Below, piece by piece: positions 1-13,074 of a stretch of DNA of 64,000 bases. A model generated the notes under the pieces. That model had not been told where the DNA came from. It was given only the letters and a program-made list of their open reading frames with translations, and did no database searches. The translations under genes and the position numbers were made by a program. Source of the DNA: Mobula hypostoma (lineage: Eukaryota); contig NC_086097.1 of the NCBI RefSeq assembly GCF_963921235.1, positions 56,608,001 through 56,672,000 on the forward strand. Direction: 5' to 3'. How positions within the stretch are numbered: position 1 is the stretch's first letter; the number at the start of each line of letters is the position of its first letter.

Positions 1-548
1 ATTGTGAGCAGTTTTGGGTCCCTTATTTAAGAAATATGTATTGACATTGGAGAGGGATCAGAGGAAGTTCACAAGAATGACTCCAGGAATGGAAGGAGTA
101 TAGTATGAGGAGCAATTGATAGCTATGGGCATTTTACTCGCTGGAATTTGGAAGTATGAGGGTTATCTCATTGAAACCTATGGAATATTGAAAGGCCTAG
201 TTAAGGTGGATGCGGAGAGGATGTTTCCTATGGTGGGAGAATCTAGGACCAGAGGGCAGAGCTACAGAATGGACAGACATCCATTTAGAACGAAGATTAG
301 GAGGAATTTTGTTAGCCAGAGGGTTGTGAATCTGTGGAATTCGTTGCCACAGGTAGCTGCGGATGTTAGGTCATCGGGTGTATTTAAGGCGGTGATTGAT
401 TAATCAGGTTACAGGAGGTTGTGAAAGGGAGAAGGCAGGAGACTGGGGTTGAGATGGAAATGGATCAGCCATGATGAAATGGCAGAGCCGACCCAATGGG
501 TGAAATGGCCTAATTCTGTTCCTCTGTCTCGTGGTGTTATGGTCTTTG
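1..548 (+). mobile_element. CR1-clade LINE, degenerate 3' fragment (ORF2 C-terminus + 3' UTR)
   Basis: ORF 116..403 has LIETY...RMFPMVGESRTRG...QRVVNLWNSLP, the CR1 ORF2 C-terminus. The 3' UTR motif 'aatggcctaattctgttcct' lies near 505-523. Confidence 0.9.
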
Positions 549-889
549 GTAATTGTTGGAGATAACAGTGGAAGGTCATTGTACATGCTGTGCAATGCAT
601 TTGGGAGGGACAAACACTGCACAGGAACGCACAATAAATGACAGAATATTGGGATAGTGGAGGAACTGAAGACATGTCCACAAATAACTGAAAATAGTAG
701 GACAGAAAGGTGAAGTAAAGTGTGCATGTAAAATATTTCCCTTTATTAGTCCTAATATAAAATAAAAGTCATGACTGAATTATATAAAATACTTACTGGG
801 CACGCATTTTTCCACATCAGATAGGCCATCTGAATTATAATAGAGGTTTTTCTAGTTACACATTCAGAAAGCTCAAGACGATGCACCAG

Positions 890-1870
890 TATCCTTCATA
901 AAACTATTGATTACAGCTCAGTGTTCTACACAATCATACCCCCAGTTCTAATCAACAAGCTCCAAAACCAGGGCTTCTATACCTGTCTCTGCAACTGGAT
1001 CCTTTACTTCCTCACCGGGAGACCACAGTCTGTGCGGATCAGAAGTAACATCTCCTCCTCGCTGACAGTCAGCACTGGCACACCTCAAGGATGTGTGCTT
1101 AGCCCTCTGCTTTTTTCTCTCGACACTCACAACTGTGTGGTGGCTAGGCAGAAGCATCCGTTAGTCTTGCGAGAACATGGATCTGCTCCTGGAAAGTCTT
1201 CACTCTCCAGGGTGCAGTCCTGGGCAAGGTTGTATGGAAGACCAGCAGTTGCCCATGCTGCAAATCTCCCCTCTCTACGACACTGATGTTGTCCAAGGGA
1301 AGGGCACTAGGACCCATACAGCTTGGCACCAGTGTCGTCGCAGAGCACCGTGTGATTAAGTGCCTAGCTCAAGGACCCAACACACTGCCTCGGCTAGGCA
1401 CAGCTAAAATGCTAACTATACATTTGCCGATAGCACAACTATTAGCAGAATTTTAGACAATAATGAGGAGGCATACAGGAGCAAGATAGATCAGCTGGTT
1501 GAGGGGTGTCACAACAACAACCTTGCACTCAACGTCGGTAAGACCACGAATTGATTGTAGATTTCAGGAAGAGGAAGTCGAGGGAGCACACATCTATCCT
1601 CACCAAGGGATCAGCAGTGGAAAAAAGGGTGAGCCGTTTCAAGAAGGCATGACTGTGGCCATATTTCATTGTGTGTTTGAGGAGACTCAGTATGTCACCA
1701 AAGACTTGAAAATTTCTACAGATATATCGTAGAGAGCATTCTGTCTGATTGCATTACCATCTGATTCAAAGGACCACTGCCCAGATTGGAAAAAGCTGCA
1801 GGACATTGCAAATTCAGCCAGCTCCATCAAGGGTACTAGCTTACCCATCATTGGGGACACCTTCAAAAGG
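890..1870 (+). mobile_element. Rex1/Babar-like LINE RT fragment, split by a SINE
   Basis: [18 protein letters not shown]...[15 protein letters not shown]...THNC (ORF 921..1286). It resumes after 1400 with FAD..., YRSKIDQLVEGCHNNNLALNVGKT and is colinear with the copy at 30748-31662. Confidence 0.85.
1151..1391 (-). mobile_element. Short retroposon (SINE-like) insertion with 9-bp TSD
   Basis: GGCTAGGCA at 1142-1150 and 1392-1400. The uninterrupted site is visible in the Rex1 copy near 30781-30810. The minus strand carries a SINE-like 'gtccttgagctaggcacttaatcac' motif. Confidence 0.75.
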
Positions 1871-3399
1871 CAATAAAAGGCAGCTGTTTTATTCTTCTTA
1901 CTACTTTTGTAATATTTGTATATCTGGGTACTTTTAATGCTACTGTGACACTGTAATTTCCTCTGTTATAAATAAAGTATCTACCTAACTCACCTTTGCC
2001 CCTTCTGCTTTCAGTAGAAATGGTTCTACAGGACTTAGTAGTTAAGCCACATGTGAAGACTTGGTTGTCAGAGGCTATTTGAGATACATGTTATTGGGAG
2101 CATTTATTAGGCAGTGGGAGCTTATCCAGACTACCTCCATCAGCTATGACAACCTTCAGGAAACTTGAAAATATACACAATAGCTCCCCAAAGAAGTCTG
2201 AAAATATAAGTCAAATTTCTTAAAAGGTATTAAGATGTGGGTTACTAGTTCATAAAATCTTCAATCAACATAATGCATAATTAATAATGTAAAATATAGT
2301 AAACTCTGTATGTAAATTAATGATAAATGTCCAGATAATTATACAATGTGTTGTGAACAGTTCTGTTGGAAGAGAAACTATCATCTACCAAATATTATTT
2401 TATTGGCTGTGTCACTAAAAGCTCAATTTTCATTTTGCTTTGTAAACAACAGTGAAATTCTGCAGACAAGGAGTGAATGTAAAATGAACATTTACAGCAG
2501 TCCTGCATTTGCACCATTTAGGTCTAATGAGTAGCCAGGCAAGATTTGCTACATTATTATCAGAATTTGTAAGAGATCTCAATTTAACTTCAATATTTGC
2601 ATCTGTTTTCTTGACAACAACCCCACCCCACCCCCAACCACCACCACCAGAAGTCGGAAGAAATTTCACTTAGTTCCTCCTTTTGCAGAATCTGATCTCC
2701 TCAGTTGAATTGCTTGGGCTGGTGAGAGGAGTATTATTCTTCTTGCTTTTCAATTCCCCTAAAGCAGGCTCCTCCACACTAATGCCTCAGTCTCTCATTG
2801 CTTATGGGATAAAAGCTGAATTCTAATCTGATTCATAGATTTATTCCTGCGAGAGAAATGCATTTTTTTGCAGTTGTGGTACATCTAATGCTGATGGGAA
2901 AAGAAAAAATATTAACCCTGGTTTAATGAATAATGTCAGGAGCAATAGTGAGCATGTCTTAATATATTCTAAGAGTTAGATAAAATCAGGTGTGAGAACA
3001 AATATTGAAGGAACAGAGGCTGTTTGCAACTCTAGGTCCTTGTGACTGTGGGAACATACAGGGCAAGATAAAAGCAAGCTGATGACAGATACCAGAAGCT
3101 CAACACCACAAGATCTGAAGTCCGTAAAAGACATAGGGATGAAAATAAAAAGGAAATTAAGAAGGCAGATGGTGTGCTTGGAAAAAAAAATATTGGTTTA
3201 TAAAACCAAGACAAACCTTAAAATGTCAATCAAAAAGCAAAAAGCCAAGAGGATAGAAAGATAAGAATGGGTTCTATTGGAATCTGTATGTGGAACAGAA
3301 ATCAGGTAGAGGACAAAACAAATACTCTGCATCTTCTAGGAATATGGGGATAAATGAGGCATTGACATTCCGGAGGAAGTATCTGAAATATCGGGAATG

Positions 3400-4350
3400 T
3401 TAAATGTAAAGGATCACCTTTAGGGATCTGTACTCTGTGGAAGAAAATAAAATATCAGGCCTGGATAAGGTATCACCCAGACTCTTAAAAAGAGGATGTG
3501 GTGCAGGCACTGACTATAATTTTTCAATACGTTTTAACTGCAAACATAGTGCCAATGGACTGGAAGTTTGTGTCCATTGTTTAACAGAGAAAGATAGAGA
3601 TCAAGTGACCACATCACTCAACCTGAAATCAGTAATGGGCAAATTGTTGGAAGAAGATTCAGAGAGACAGTATGTTTCAGCTTTTAGAGAACGGCATGAT
3701 TGTCAAGGACAGGCTGCATCGATATTTACTGAGGGATGTTCATGCTTTACTAACAAATATCTGAGGAGATAAAGTCTTGAAGAGGGGAGAATATGTGATA
3801 TATGAACTTCATTAAGAGATTTTACAAATCCCATGTAGCACACTGGTCATAAATAAAAACCTATAGATTGAAGGAAAATCCCAAGCTGATAGGAAATACT
3901 GATTCGTTGGCAGTGAGCAAAGGGAATTTTCGTAAGTTAGGTGGCTATTTATCAGTACATATAAAAGATGAGGCCTTAAGTGTAGTGTCAACAGTTAAGA
4001 AGCTTGCTGATGATACCAAAAGTGCCCTTTTGTTTGTGAGGAAGAAAATTCAATACCACAGAAAAATATAAATGATCTAGTTAGGCGGTCAAGAAAATGG
4101 CAAATGAATTCAATCCAGAGAAGGATGTGGTAACACAAGTGTGAAGGGCAATAAAAGGAAGGGAACGGAATAAATTACAAGGAACTAAAAATATAGAGGA
4201 ATCTTGAAGTGTATATCCAAAAATCTCTGAAGGCACCAAGGAAAGTATTTAAGAAAGCATTTCTTATATTATCCCTTATTGACAAGGACATAGAGTTCAA
4301 GGGCACAGTAGCATTGTACAGGATTGAAGCTACTGCTAGATTACAATGTA
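3400..4350 (+). mobile_element. Highly degenerate CR1 ORF2 (RT region)
   Basis: Remnants KISGLDKVSPRLLK, VMGKLLE, KKLADDTK and W-QM-FNPEK, with many stops and indels. Confidence 0.7.
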
Positions 4351-4354
4351 CATA

Positions 4355-4705
4355 ATAGATAGATAGATATACTTTATTGATCCCGAGGGAAATTGGGTTT
4401 TGTTACAGCCGCACCAACCAAGAATAGAGCATAAATATAGCAATACAAAAACCTCAAACAATCAAACAACAATATGCAAACTATGCCAAGTGGAAATAAG
4501 TCCAGGACCAGCCTATTGGCTCAGGGTGTCTGACCCCCCACGGGAGAAGCTGCAAAGTTCGATGGCCACAGGCAGGAACAACCTCCCGTGACACCCAATG
4601 TTGTATCTTGGTGGAATATGGCTGGAGTCCAACAGCAAAAAGTTCAAAATCTACAAACACATTCCTCGATCATAATATGACCAGGATTGCACCATCCGTT
4701 GTTAA
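4355..4705 (-). mobile_element. Rex1/Babar-like LINE 3' end with (TATC)n tail
   Basis: The minus strand ends '...ccctcgggatcaataaagtatatctatctatctat'. Upstream it translates to a FLPVAI-like C-terminal motif. Confidence 0.65.
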
Positions 4706-4875
4706 GCAGGTTTGATTTCAGCATTTAAGAGAAATTTGGATAAGTACATGGATGAGACCAGTATGGAGGGCTATGGTTTGTATGCTAATCAGCAGGACCA
4801 GGCAGAATAATAACTCAGCAAGGACTCGATGGGCCAAAGTATCTGTTTAGGTGCAGTAGTATTTCATGACTCTCT
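4706..4875 (+). mobile_element. CR1 3' end fragment
   Basis: SAFKRNLDKYMD..GMEGYG motif followed by a CR1-type 3' UTR. Confidence 0.7.
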
Positions 4876-5008
4876 GAGTATTGCACACATTACTCCAGGT
4901 GTGGCCTTATTATAGAATCATAGAAACATAAGAATCAATACACTTGTGGAAGAATGAACTCAATAATCCACAACTGAGGTAACAGATAAGGACCCTGAAG
5001 GTTTGCTG

Positions 5009-5329
5009 CATAGGTAGGAAAAGGGATGAGGTCCTGAAAGGAGAATATAGGGAGCTAGGAAGGGAGTTGAGAAAAAGGACCGCAAAGGTAGTAATCTCGG
5101 GATTACTGCCTGTGCCACGCGACAGTGAGAGTAGGAATGCAATGAGGTGGAGGATAAATGCGTGGCTGAGGGATTGGAGCAGGTGGCAGGGATTCAAGTT
5201 TTTGATCATTGGGACCTCTTTTGGCGCAGGCGTGACCTGTACAAAAAGGACGGGTTACACTTGAATCCTAGGGGGACCAATATCCTGGCAGGGAGATTAG
5301 CAGGGGCTACTGAGGTAACTTTAAACTAG
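5009..5329 (+). pseudogene. CR1 ORF1 SGNH/GDSL esterase-like domain (frameshifted near 5200)
   Basis: ORFs 5067..5264 and 5147..5329 join across a T-run and carry the DGLH (D-x-x-H) block typical of SGNH esterases. Confidence 0.85.
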
Positions 5330-5334
5330 AATGG

Positions 5335-8300
5335 TTGGGGGGTGGGAATCAAATTAAAGAGGCTAGGCGTGAGGAGGTTAGTTCACAACAGGGGGATGGG
5401 AACCAGTGCAGAGAGACAAAGGGGTGTAAAGTGAGGGTAGAAGCAAAAAGTACTAAGGAGAAAAGTAAAAGTGGCAGGCCGACAAATCCAGGGCAAGCAT
5501 TAAAAAGGGCCACTTTTCAGCATAATTGTATAAGGGCTAAGAGAGTTGTAAAAGAGCGCCTGAAGGCTTTATGTGTCAATGCAAGGAGCATTCGTAATAA
5601 GGTGGATGAATTGAAAGTGCAGATTGTTATTAATGATTATGATATAGTTGGGATCACAGAGACGTGGCTCCAGGGTGACCAGGGATGGGAGCTCAACGTT
5701 CAGGGATATTCAATATTCAGGAGGGATAGACATGAAGGAACGGGAGGTGGGGTGGCATTGCTGGTTAAAGGAGAGATTAATGCAATAGAAAGGAAGGACA
5801 TAAACCGGGAAGATGTGGAATCGATATGGGTAGAGCTGCGTAACACTAAGGGGCAGAAGACGCTGGTGGGAGTTGTGTACAGGCCACCTAACAGTAGTAG
5901 TGAGGTCGGAGATGGTATTAAACAGGAAATTAGAAATGTGTGCAATAAAGGAACAGCAGTTATAATGGGTGACTTCAATCTACATGTAGATTGGGTGAAC
6001 CAAATTGGTAAAGGTGCTGAGGAAGAGGACTTCTTGGAATGTATGCGGGATGGTTTTTTGAACCAACATGTCGAGGAACCAACTAGAGAGCAGGCTATTC
6101 TAGACTGGGTTTTGAGCAATGAGGAAGGGTTAATTAGCAATCTTGTCGTGAGAGGCCCCTTGGGTAAGAGTGACCATAATACGGTGGAATTCTTCATTAA
6201 GATGGAGAGTGACATAGTTAATTCAGAAACAAAGGTTCTGAACTTAAAGAGGGGTAACTTTGAGGTATGAGACGTGAATTAGCTAAGATAGACTGGCAAA
6301 TGACACTTAAAGGATTGACGGTGGATATGCAATGGCAAGCATTTAAAGGTTGCATGGATGAACTACAACAATTGTTCATCCCAGTTTGGCAAAAGAATAA
6401 ATCAAGGAAGGTAGTGCACCCGTGGCTGACAAGAGAAATTAGGGATAGTATCAATTCCAAAGAAGAAGCATACAAATTAGCCAGAGAAAGTGGCTCACCT
6501 GAGGACTGGGAGAAATTCAGAGTTCAGCAGAGGAGGACAAAGGGCTTAATTAGGAAGGGGAAAAAAGATTATGAGAGAAAACTGGCAGGGAACATAAAAA
6601 CGGACTGTAAAAGCTTTTATAGATATGTAAAAAGGAAAAGACTGGTAAAGACAAATGTAGGTCCCCTGCAGACAGAAACAGGTGAATTGATTATGGGGAG
6701 CAAGGACATGGCAGACCAATTGAATAATTACTTTGGTTCTGTCTTCACTAAGGAGGACATAAATAATCTTCCAGAAATAGTAGGGGACAGAGGGTCCAGT
6801 GGGATGGAGGAACTGAGCGAAATACATGTTAGTAGGGAAGTGGTGTTAGGTAAATTGAAGGGATTGAAGGCAGATAAATCCCCAGGGCCAGATGGTCTGC
6901 ATCCTAGAGTGCTTAAGGAAGTAGCCCAAGAAATAGTGGATGCATTAGTGATAATTTTTCAAAATTCATTAGATTCTGGACTAGTTCCTGAGGATTGGAG
7001 GGTGGCTAATGTAACTCCACTTTTTAAAAAAGGAGGGAGAGAGAAACCGGGGAATTATAGACTGGTTAGCCTAACGTCGCTGGTGGGGAAACTGCTGGAG
7101 TCAGTTATCAAGGATGTGATAACAGCACATTTGGAAAGCGGTGAAATGATCGGACAAAGTCAGCATGGATTTGTGAAAGGAAAATCATGTCTGACGAAAC
7201 TCACAGAATTTTTTGAGGATGTAACTAGTAGAGTGGATAGGGGAGAACCAGTGGATGTGGTATATTTGGATTTTCAAAAGGCTTTTGACAAGGTCCCACA
7301 CAGGAGATTAGTGGCAAACTTAAAGCACACAGTATTGGGGGTAAGGTATTGGTGTGGGTGGAGAATTGGTTAGCAGACAGGAAGCAAAGAGTGGGAATAA
7401 ACGGGACCTTTTCAGAATGGCAGGCGGTGACTAGTGGGGTACCGCAAGGCTCAGTGCTGGGACCCCAGTTGTCTACAATATATATTAATGACTTGGATGA
7501 GGGAATTAAATGCAGCATCTCCAAGTTTGCGGATGACACGAAGCTGGGTGGCAGTGTTAGCTGTGAGGAGGATGCTAAGAGGATGCAGGGTGACTTGGAT
7601 AGGTTGGGTGAGTGGGCAAATTCATGGCAGATGCAATTTAATGTGGATAAATGTGAAGTTATCCACTTTGGTGGCAAAAATAGGAAAACAGATTATTATC
7701 TGAATGGTGGCCGATTAGGAAAAGGGGAGGCGCAACGAGACCTGGGTGTCATTATACACCAGTCATTGAAAGTGGGCATGCAGGTACAGCAGGCTGTGAA
7801 AAAGGCAAATGGTATGCTGGCATTTATAGCGAGAGGATTCGAGTACAGGAGCAGGGAAGTACTACTGCAGTTGTACAAGGCCTTGGTGAGACCACACCTG
7901 GAGTATTGTGTGCAGTTTTGGTCCCCTAATCTGAGGAAAGACATCCTTGCCTTAGAAGGAGTACAAAGAAGGTTCACCAGATTGATTGGGTTGGCAGGAC
8001 TTTCATATGAAGAAAGACTGGATGAACTGGGCTAGTACTCGTTGGAATTTAGAAGATTGAGGGGGGATCTGATTGAAACGTATAAGATCCTAAAGGGACT
8101 GGACAGGCTAGATGCAGGAAGATTGTTCCCGATGTTGGGGAAGTCCAGAACGAGGGGCCACAGTTTGAGGATAGAAGGGAAGCCTTTTAGGACCGAGATT
8201 AGGAAAAACTTCTTCACACAGAGAGTGGTGAACCTGTGGAATTCTCTGCCACAGGAAACAGTTGAGGCCAGTTCATTGGCTATATTTAAGAGGGAGTTAG

Positions 8301-8362
8301 ATATGGCCCTTGTGGCTACGGGGGTCAGGGGGTATGGAGGGAATGCTGGGGCGGGGTTCTGA
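5335..8362 (+). pseudogene. CR1 ORF2 (APE endonuclease + reverse transcriptase), disrupted
   Basis: ORFs 5335..6270 (NARS, GITETWL, YRPP, GDFN, SDH), 6267..7373, 7349..8035 and 8042..8362. Frameshifts near 6265 and 7315, in-frame TAG at 8033-8035. Confidence 0.95.
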
Positions 8363-8662
8363 GTTGGAGGATCAGCCATGATCATAGTAAATGGCGGTGC
8401 AGGCTCGAAGGGCCGAGTGGCCTACTCCTGCACCTATTTTCTATGTTTCTATGTTTCTATCTATTTACGAGTGGTGTAAATCATGAAGCAACAAATGAGA
8501 GGAGGAAGCTCCATGAACATCCATGAATAATGTAGAGCCTGCATATAGTAAAAGAAAGAAAAGAAAGTAAAGATAAGGATTAACAAACTCCTATGTCAGA
8601 ACTTCTCAGTCTATTCTCATCATCCCAGAGGCAAAACATGCTGTCAAGAAATAGCTAAGTGC

Positions 8663-9199
8663 TACTTTAATGGCGAAAAGATGTATTTTACAACATTGGA
8701 AAGAGCTTAATGCTCCAACTACCTTTTTTTGGTTCTCTCAGATGATTTTATGTTTGAATCTGGAGAAAATTAGAAGCAACCTTTATGATTCTTCATTTAA
8801 ATTTGAACAGATTTGGGGACCTTTTATTCGATACTTTCATTTAATGTAATACATACCCTTCTTGTTTTTTTTCACTGTTTTTAATGGAGGTCGGGATTGA
8901 GGACGTGATTTTAAGTTTAACTCTGTTTGGTTTCAAGTTAGCCCATTGCTTTGCTTTGCTTTTAGTTAGTTGCACGGTGGGTTTTCTTTAGGGGTTTTTT
9001 TTTCTTTTTTTTCCATTGATATATATACAAAATTTAGTATACTGTTATGTTATCTTGGTTTTTTATGTTTAAATTACATTGTTTGTAGTATTTTTTTTGG
9101 TATTGATACCTTCTGGAATTTTATTATATTTTAACATTGTATTAATGTTTATATGGTTTACCTTTTTGTATACTTATTCAATAAAAAGATTTAAAAAGA
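8663..9199 (+). mobile_element. L1-clade LINE, 5'-truncated, 17-bp TSD
   Basis: Translates to AKRCILQHWK...PT..FW...LNLEKIR..L....FEQIWGPF* (L1 ORF2 end), then a T-rich 3' UTR and AATAAA. TSD AAGAAATAGCTAAGTGC at 8646-8662 and 9200-9216. Confidence 0.9.
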
Positions 9200-9299
9200 A
9201 AGAAATAGCTAAGTGCATTGAGTGAAATGCAAAATAATGCTTGTGTCTAACACCAACCCATTTGAAGGGCTTTGGTTACCTAATTTCTTCTGCCAACCT

Positions 9300-9480
9300 T
9301 CCTATCATAGAGCATCCCCTTTCGCTGCCTCCTAAAACATGTTTTATCTCCAATGTTTCAGAACTCTGATAAGAGGTCATAAACCTAAAACATTAGCTGT
9401 GCTTCTCTCCCCACAGATGTGCCTGACTTGCTGAGTATTTGTCTCATTTTTCTTGTCTAATTTAAGTCTCCAGCTTTCAA
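9300..9480 (+). mobile_element. Degenerate Penelope-like pseudo-LTR
   Basis: 'cacagatgtgcctgacttgctgagtatt' resembles the pLTR copies at 15030, 58430 and 59160. Confidence 0.55.
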
Positions 9481-9650
9481 AATAACTTGGTTTTGTTTGC
9501 AACACAGTTACAGTACAGGATTCAAACCCATTAAAATTGCCCTAGTGATTCTTTGACAGCACCTCAGTCGCAACCATCCTGGACATCCATTGCATGCAAA
9601 CAACCTCCCCTCCCAGGTGCACACTATTCCAAGTTGGAAATATATTCTTT

Positions 9651-10840
9651 TTTTTAAATTTTTTAATTCAATTTTCAAACTTGATTACATAGAATAATAT
9701 CTACCCTCGCCCCTCCCCTTAACCCTTCCCCCCGTAACATACCCCTACCTAAAAAAAAGTTTTTTTTTAAAGAAAGAAAGAAAGAAAGAAAGACTGCCTG
9801 GATATTGGAAGGTCTCCATATGCTCTATGGGATTCAAAATAAATTTAATATATGTATTTGTTTCTTTCCCCAGAGGACCAACATCTTTATCATCAGAGCG
9901 CCTATATGTACAATCCTATCTCTTGTAAATAAGGGTGCCAAATACTCAAAAATATATAATATTTATTGCTTAAATTATAAGTAATTTTTTCAAGTGGAAT
10001 ACAACTAAAGATTTCATTATTCCAACGATCCATACTTAAATACGAATCCGATTTCCAAGTAACCGCAATAACCTTTTTACATACTGCCAATGCAATTTTT
10101 ATAAATTCTCTCTGATATTTATTCAATTTAAGTTTCGGTTTTATCCCTGCAATGTCACCTAATAGAAATAATATTGGGTTATGTGGAAGTTGTGTTCCAA
10201 TAATATGTTCCAATAAAGCTTTTAAATTTATCCAAAAAGGTTGAATTTTGAAACAAGACCAAGTAGAATGTAGGAAAGTACCAATTTCTTGATTACACTG
10301 AAAACATTGATTAGATAAGTTTGGATTTAATCTATTTAATTTTTGCGGTGTAATATATAATTGATGTAAAAATTATATTGTACTAATCTGAGTCAAACAT
10401 TTATTGTATTTGTCATACTGTCAAGACATAGTCTTGACCAACTTGTTTCATCAATATTAATATTCAGATCCGTTTCCCATTTTTGTCTTGACTTATGGAT
10501 TCCTTGTTTAAGTGTCTGTTTTTGAATCAGGTTATACATAAAAGAAGTAAATTTTAAAATTTTTCCTTTTTGAATTAAAGTTTCAATTTCATTAGGTTTC
10601 AGCAATAACATTGTTTGACCCAGTTTATCTCTTAAATAAGCCCTTAATTGAAAATAACAAAAAAAGTGTTATTTGATATTTTATATTTATTCTTTAATTG
10701 TTCAAGTGACATCAATATCCTTCCTTCATAACAGTCTCCTATACATCTAATCCCTTTTTGATACCAATTATATAAAAGTTGATTATCCATTGTAAAAGGA
10801 ATAAGTCTATTTTGAATCAAAGGTCTCCTTGCTAATAAAG
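9651..10840 (-). mobile_element. L1-clade LINE 3' fragment with poly(A) tail, 15-bp TSD
   Basis: ORFs 10393..10611 and 9902..10213 (WETDL, IAVTWK, LEKITY, IWHPY) plus a zinc-knuckle-like CFQC...HSTWSC near 10255-10310. TSD GGAAAT(A/C)TATTCTTT at 9636-9650 and 10841-10855. Confidence 0.9.
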
Positions 10841-11311
10841 GGAAATCTATTCTTTATCTCAGATGAGTTCCAGAGCTCTCTTCTGCTAACAGATCAAAAT
10901 ATCTTCTCTGCACTACCTGGAGCAGCAGGTTACAAAAACAAATTACCTGCATTTTCTTAAGGGTAGTAAGGGATAGAGGGATGGAGAGTAAATGCTGGTT
11001 TTGCCAATGTTGCCTACATCCCGTGCATGAATACAACAATTTGTTTCTAATGATGTTTTGCTTCCAGTTTGTTTGTCGGAAGTATCCAGGGAAATTCCCT
11101 AAAGTGGCAGTTTAGACAGATGGCTAAAGTTAGATTGTATTATCAACGGAAGTATTCATCTCGCAGGTTATCTGCTACTTCCAGTACATTGTCATGTTCA
11201 ACAACACGCTTTTATTCTACCCTGTGGGACCATATACTTCGTCCATCAGCTGAACCTTTAAATGATATGCACAATATATCACGATATTGAAATGGTTTTA
11301 AGTGGCAGATT

Positions 11312-13055
11312 ATAATAGAAACATAGAAAACCTACAGCACAATACGGGCTCTTCCCACAGAGTTGTGCCGAACATGTCCTTACCTTAGAAATTACTAGGC
11401 TTACCTATAGCCCTCTATTTTACTAAGCTCCATGTACCTATCTAAAAGTCTCTTAGAAGACCCTATCGTATTCACCTCCACCACCGCCACCGTCAGCAGC
11501 CCATTCCATGCACTCACCACTCTCTGAGTAAATAACTTTCTGCTGACATCTCCTCTGTACCTACTCCCCAGCACCTTAAACCTGTGTCCTCTAGAGGCAA
11601 CCATTTCAGCCCTGGGAAAAAGCCTCTGACTATCCACGCGATCTATGCTTCTCATCATCTTATACATCTCTATCAGGTCACCTCTCATCCTCTGTCGCTC
11701 CAAGGAGAAAAAGCCAAGTTCACTCAACCTATTCTCATAAGGCATGCTCCCCAATCCAGGCAACATCCTTGTAAATCTCCTCTGCACCTTTTCTATGGTT
11801 TCCACATCCTTCCTATACTGAGGTGACCAGAACTGAGCACAGTACTCCAAGTGGGGTCTGACCAGGATCCTATATAGCTGCAACATTACCTCTCGGCTCC
11901 TAAATTCAATTCCACTATCGATGAAGGCCAATACACTGTACATCTTCTTAACCACAGAGTCAACCCACGCAGCTGCTTTGAGTGTCCTATGGACTCGGAC
12001 CCCAAGACCCCTCTGATCCTCCACACTGCCAAGAATCTTAACATTAATACTATGTTCTGCCATCATATTTGACCTACCAAAATGAACCACTTCACACTTA
12101 TCTGGGTTGAACACTATCTGCCACTTCTCAGTCCAGTTTTGCATCCTATCAATGTCCCGCTGTTACCTCTGACAGCCCTCCACACTATCCACAACACTTC
12201 CAACCTTTGTGTCATCAGCAAACTTACTAACTCATCCCTCCACTTCCTATTCCAGGTCATTTATAAAAATTACGAAGAGTAAGTGTCCTTCTCAGGATCA
12301 TCTTTATCAACTAACCAACCACTGAGGTAAGACTCACTGGTCTATAATTTCCTGGGCTATCTCTACTCCCTTTCTTGAATAAAGGAACAACATCCGCAAC
12401 CCTCGAATCCTCCAGAACCTCTCCCATCTCCACTGATGATTCAAAGATCATCGCCAGAGGCTCAGCAATCTCCTCCCTCACCTCCCACAGTAGCTTGAGG
12501 TACATCTTCTTCGGTCCCGGCGACTTATCCAACTTGATACTTTCCAAAAGTTCCAGCACATCCTCTTTCTTAATCTCTACATGCTCAAGCTTTTCAGTCT
12601 GCTGCAAGTCATCACTACAATCACCAAGATCATTTTCCATAGTGAATACTGAAGTAAAGTATTCAGTAAGTACCTCTGCTATTTCCTCCAGTTCCATACA
12701 CACTTTCCCACTGTCAACTTGATAGGTCCTTTTCTCTCACGTCTTATCCTCTTGCTCTTCACATACCTGTAGAATGCCTTGGGGTTTTCCTTAATCCTGC
12801 CCGCCATGGCCTTCTCATGGCCTCTTCTGGCTCTCCTAATTTCCTAATTAAACTGCTTCCTATTAGCCTAGTAATCTTCTAGATCTCTAACATTACCTAG
12901 CTCTCTGAACCTTTTGTAAGCTTTTCTTTTCTTCTTGACTCGATTTATTACAGTCTTTGTACAGCACGGTTCCTGTACCCTACCATAACTTCCCTATCTC
13001 ATTGGAACGTGCCTATGCAGAACTCCACACAAATATCCCCTGAATATCTGCCACA
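11312..13055 (-). mobile_element. CR1 LINE, ORF2 portion with internal deletion (~12290) and 3' tail
   Basis: ORFs 12311..12703 (KSPGP, NYRPVSLTSVVG) and 11401..12144 (LVRPHLEYCAQFWSP). Tail 'atagaaacatagaa' at about 11313. Confidence 0.95.
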
Positions 13056-13074
13056 TTATGATCATCTTCTAGAT

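Larger units (their letters stand above)
5009..8460 (+). mobile_element. Young, 5'-truncated CR1 LINE: ORF1 C-terminal half, complete but disrupted ORF2, 3' UTR and (CTATGTTT)n tail
   Basis: ORF1 esterase motifs (VVISGLLPVP, DHWDLFW, KKDGLHLNPRGT), APE endonuclease, RT (YLDFQKAFDKVPH, GVPQGSVLGP, KFADDTKL) and tail at about 8437-8460. Confidence 0.97.

Noticed and set aside
5700..8385. Long minus-strand ORFs (5700..6215, 7225..7677, 8032..8385)
   Set aside because: They are antisense shadows of CR1 ORF2, and the same peptides recur opposite other CR1 copies (e.g. 14243..14704, 26371..26598).
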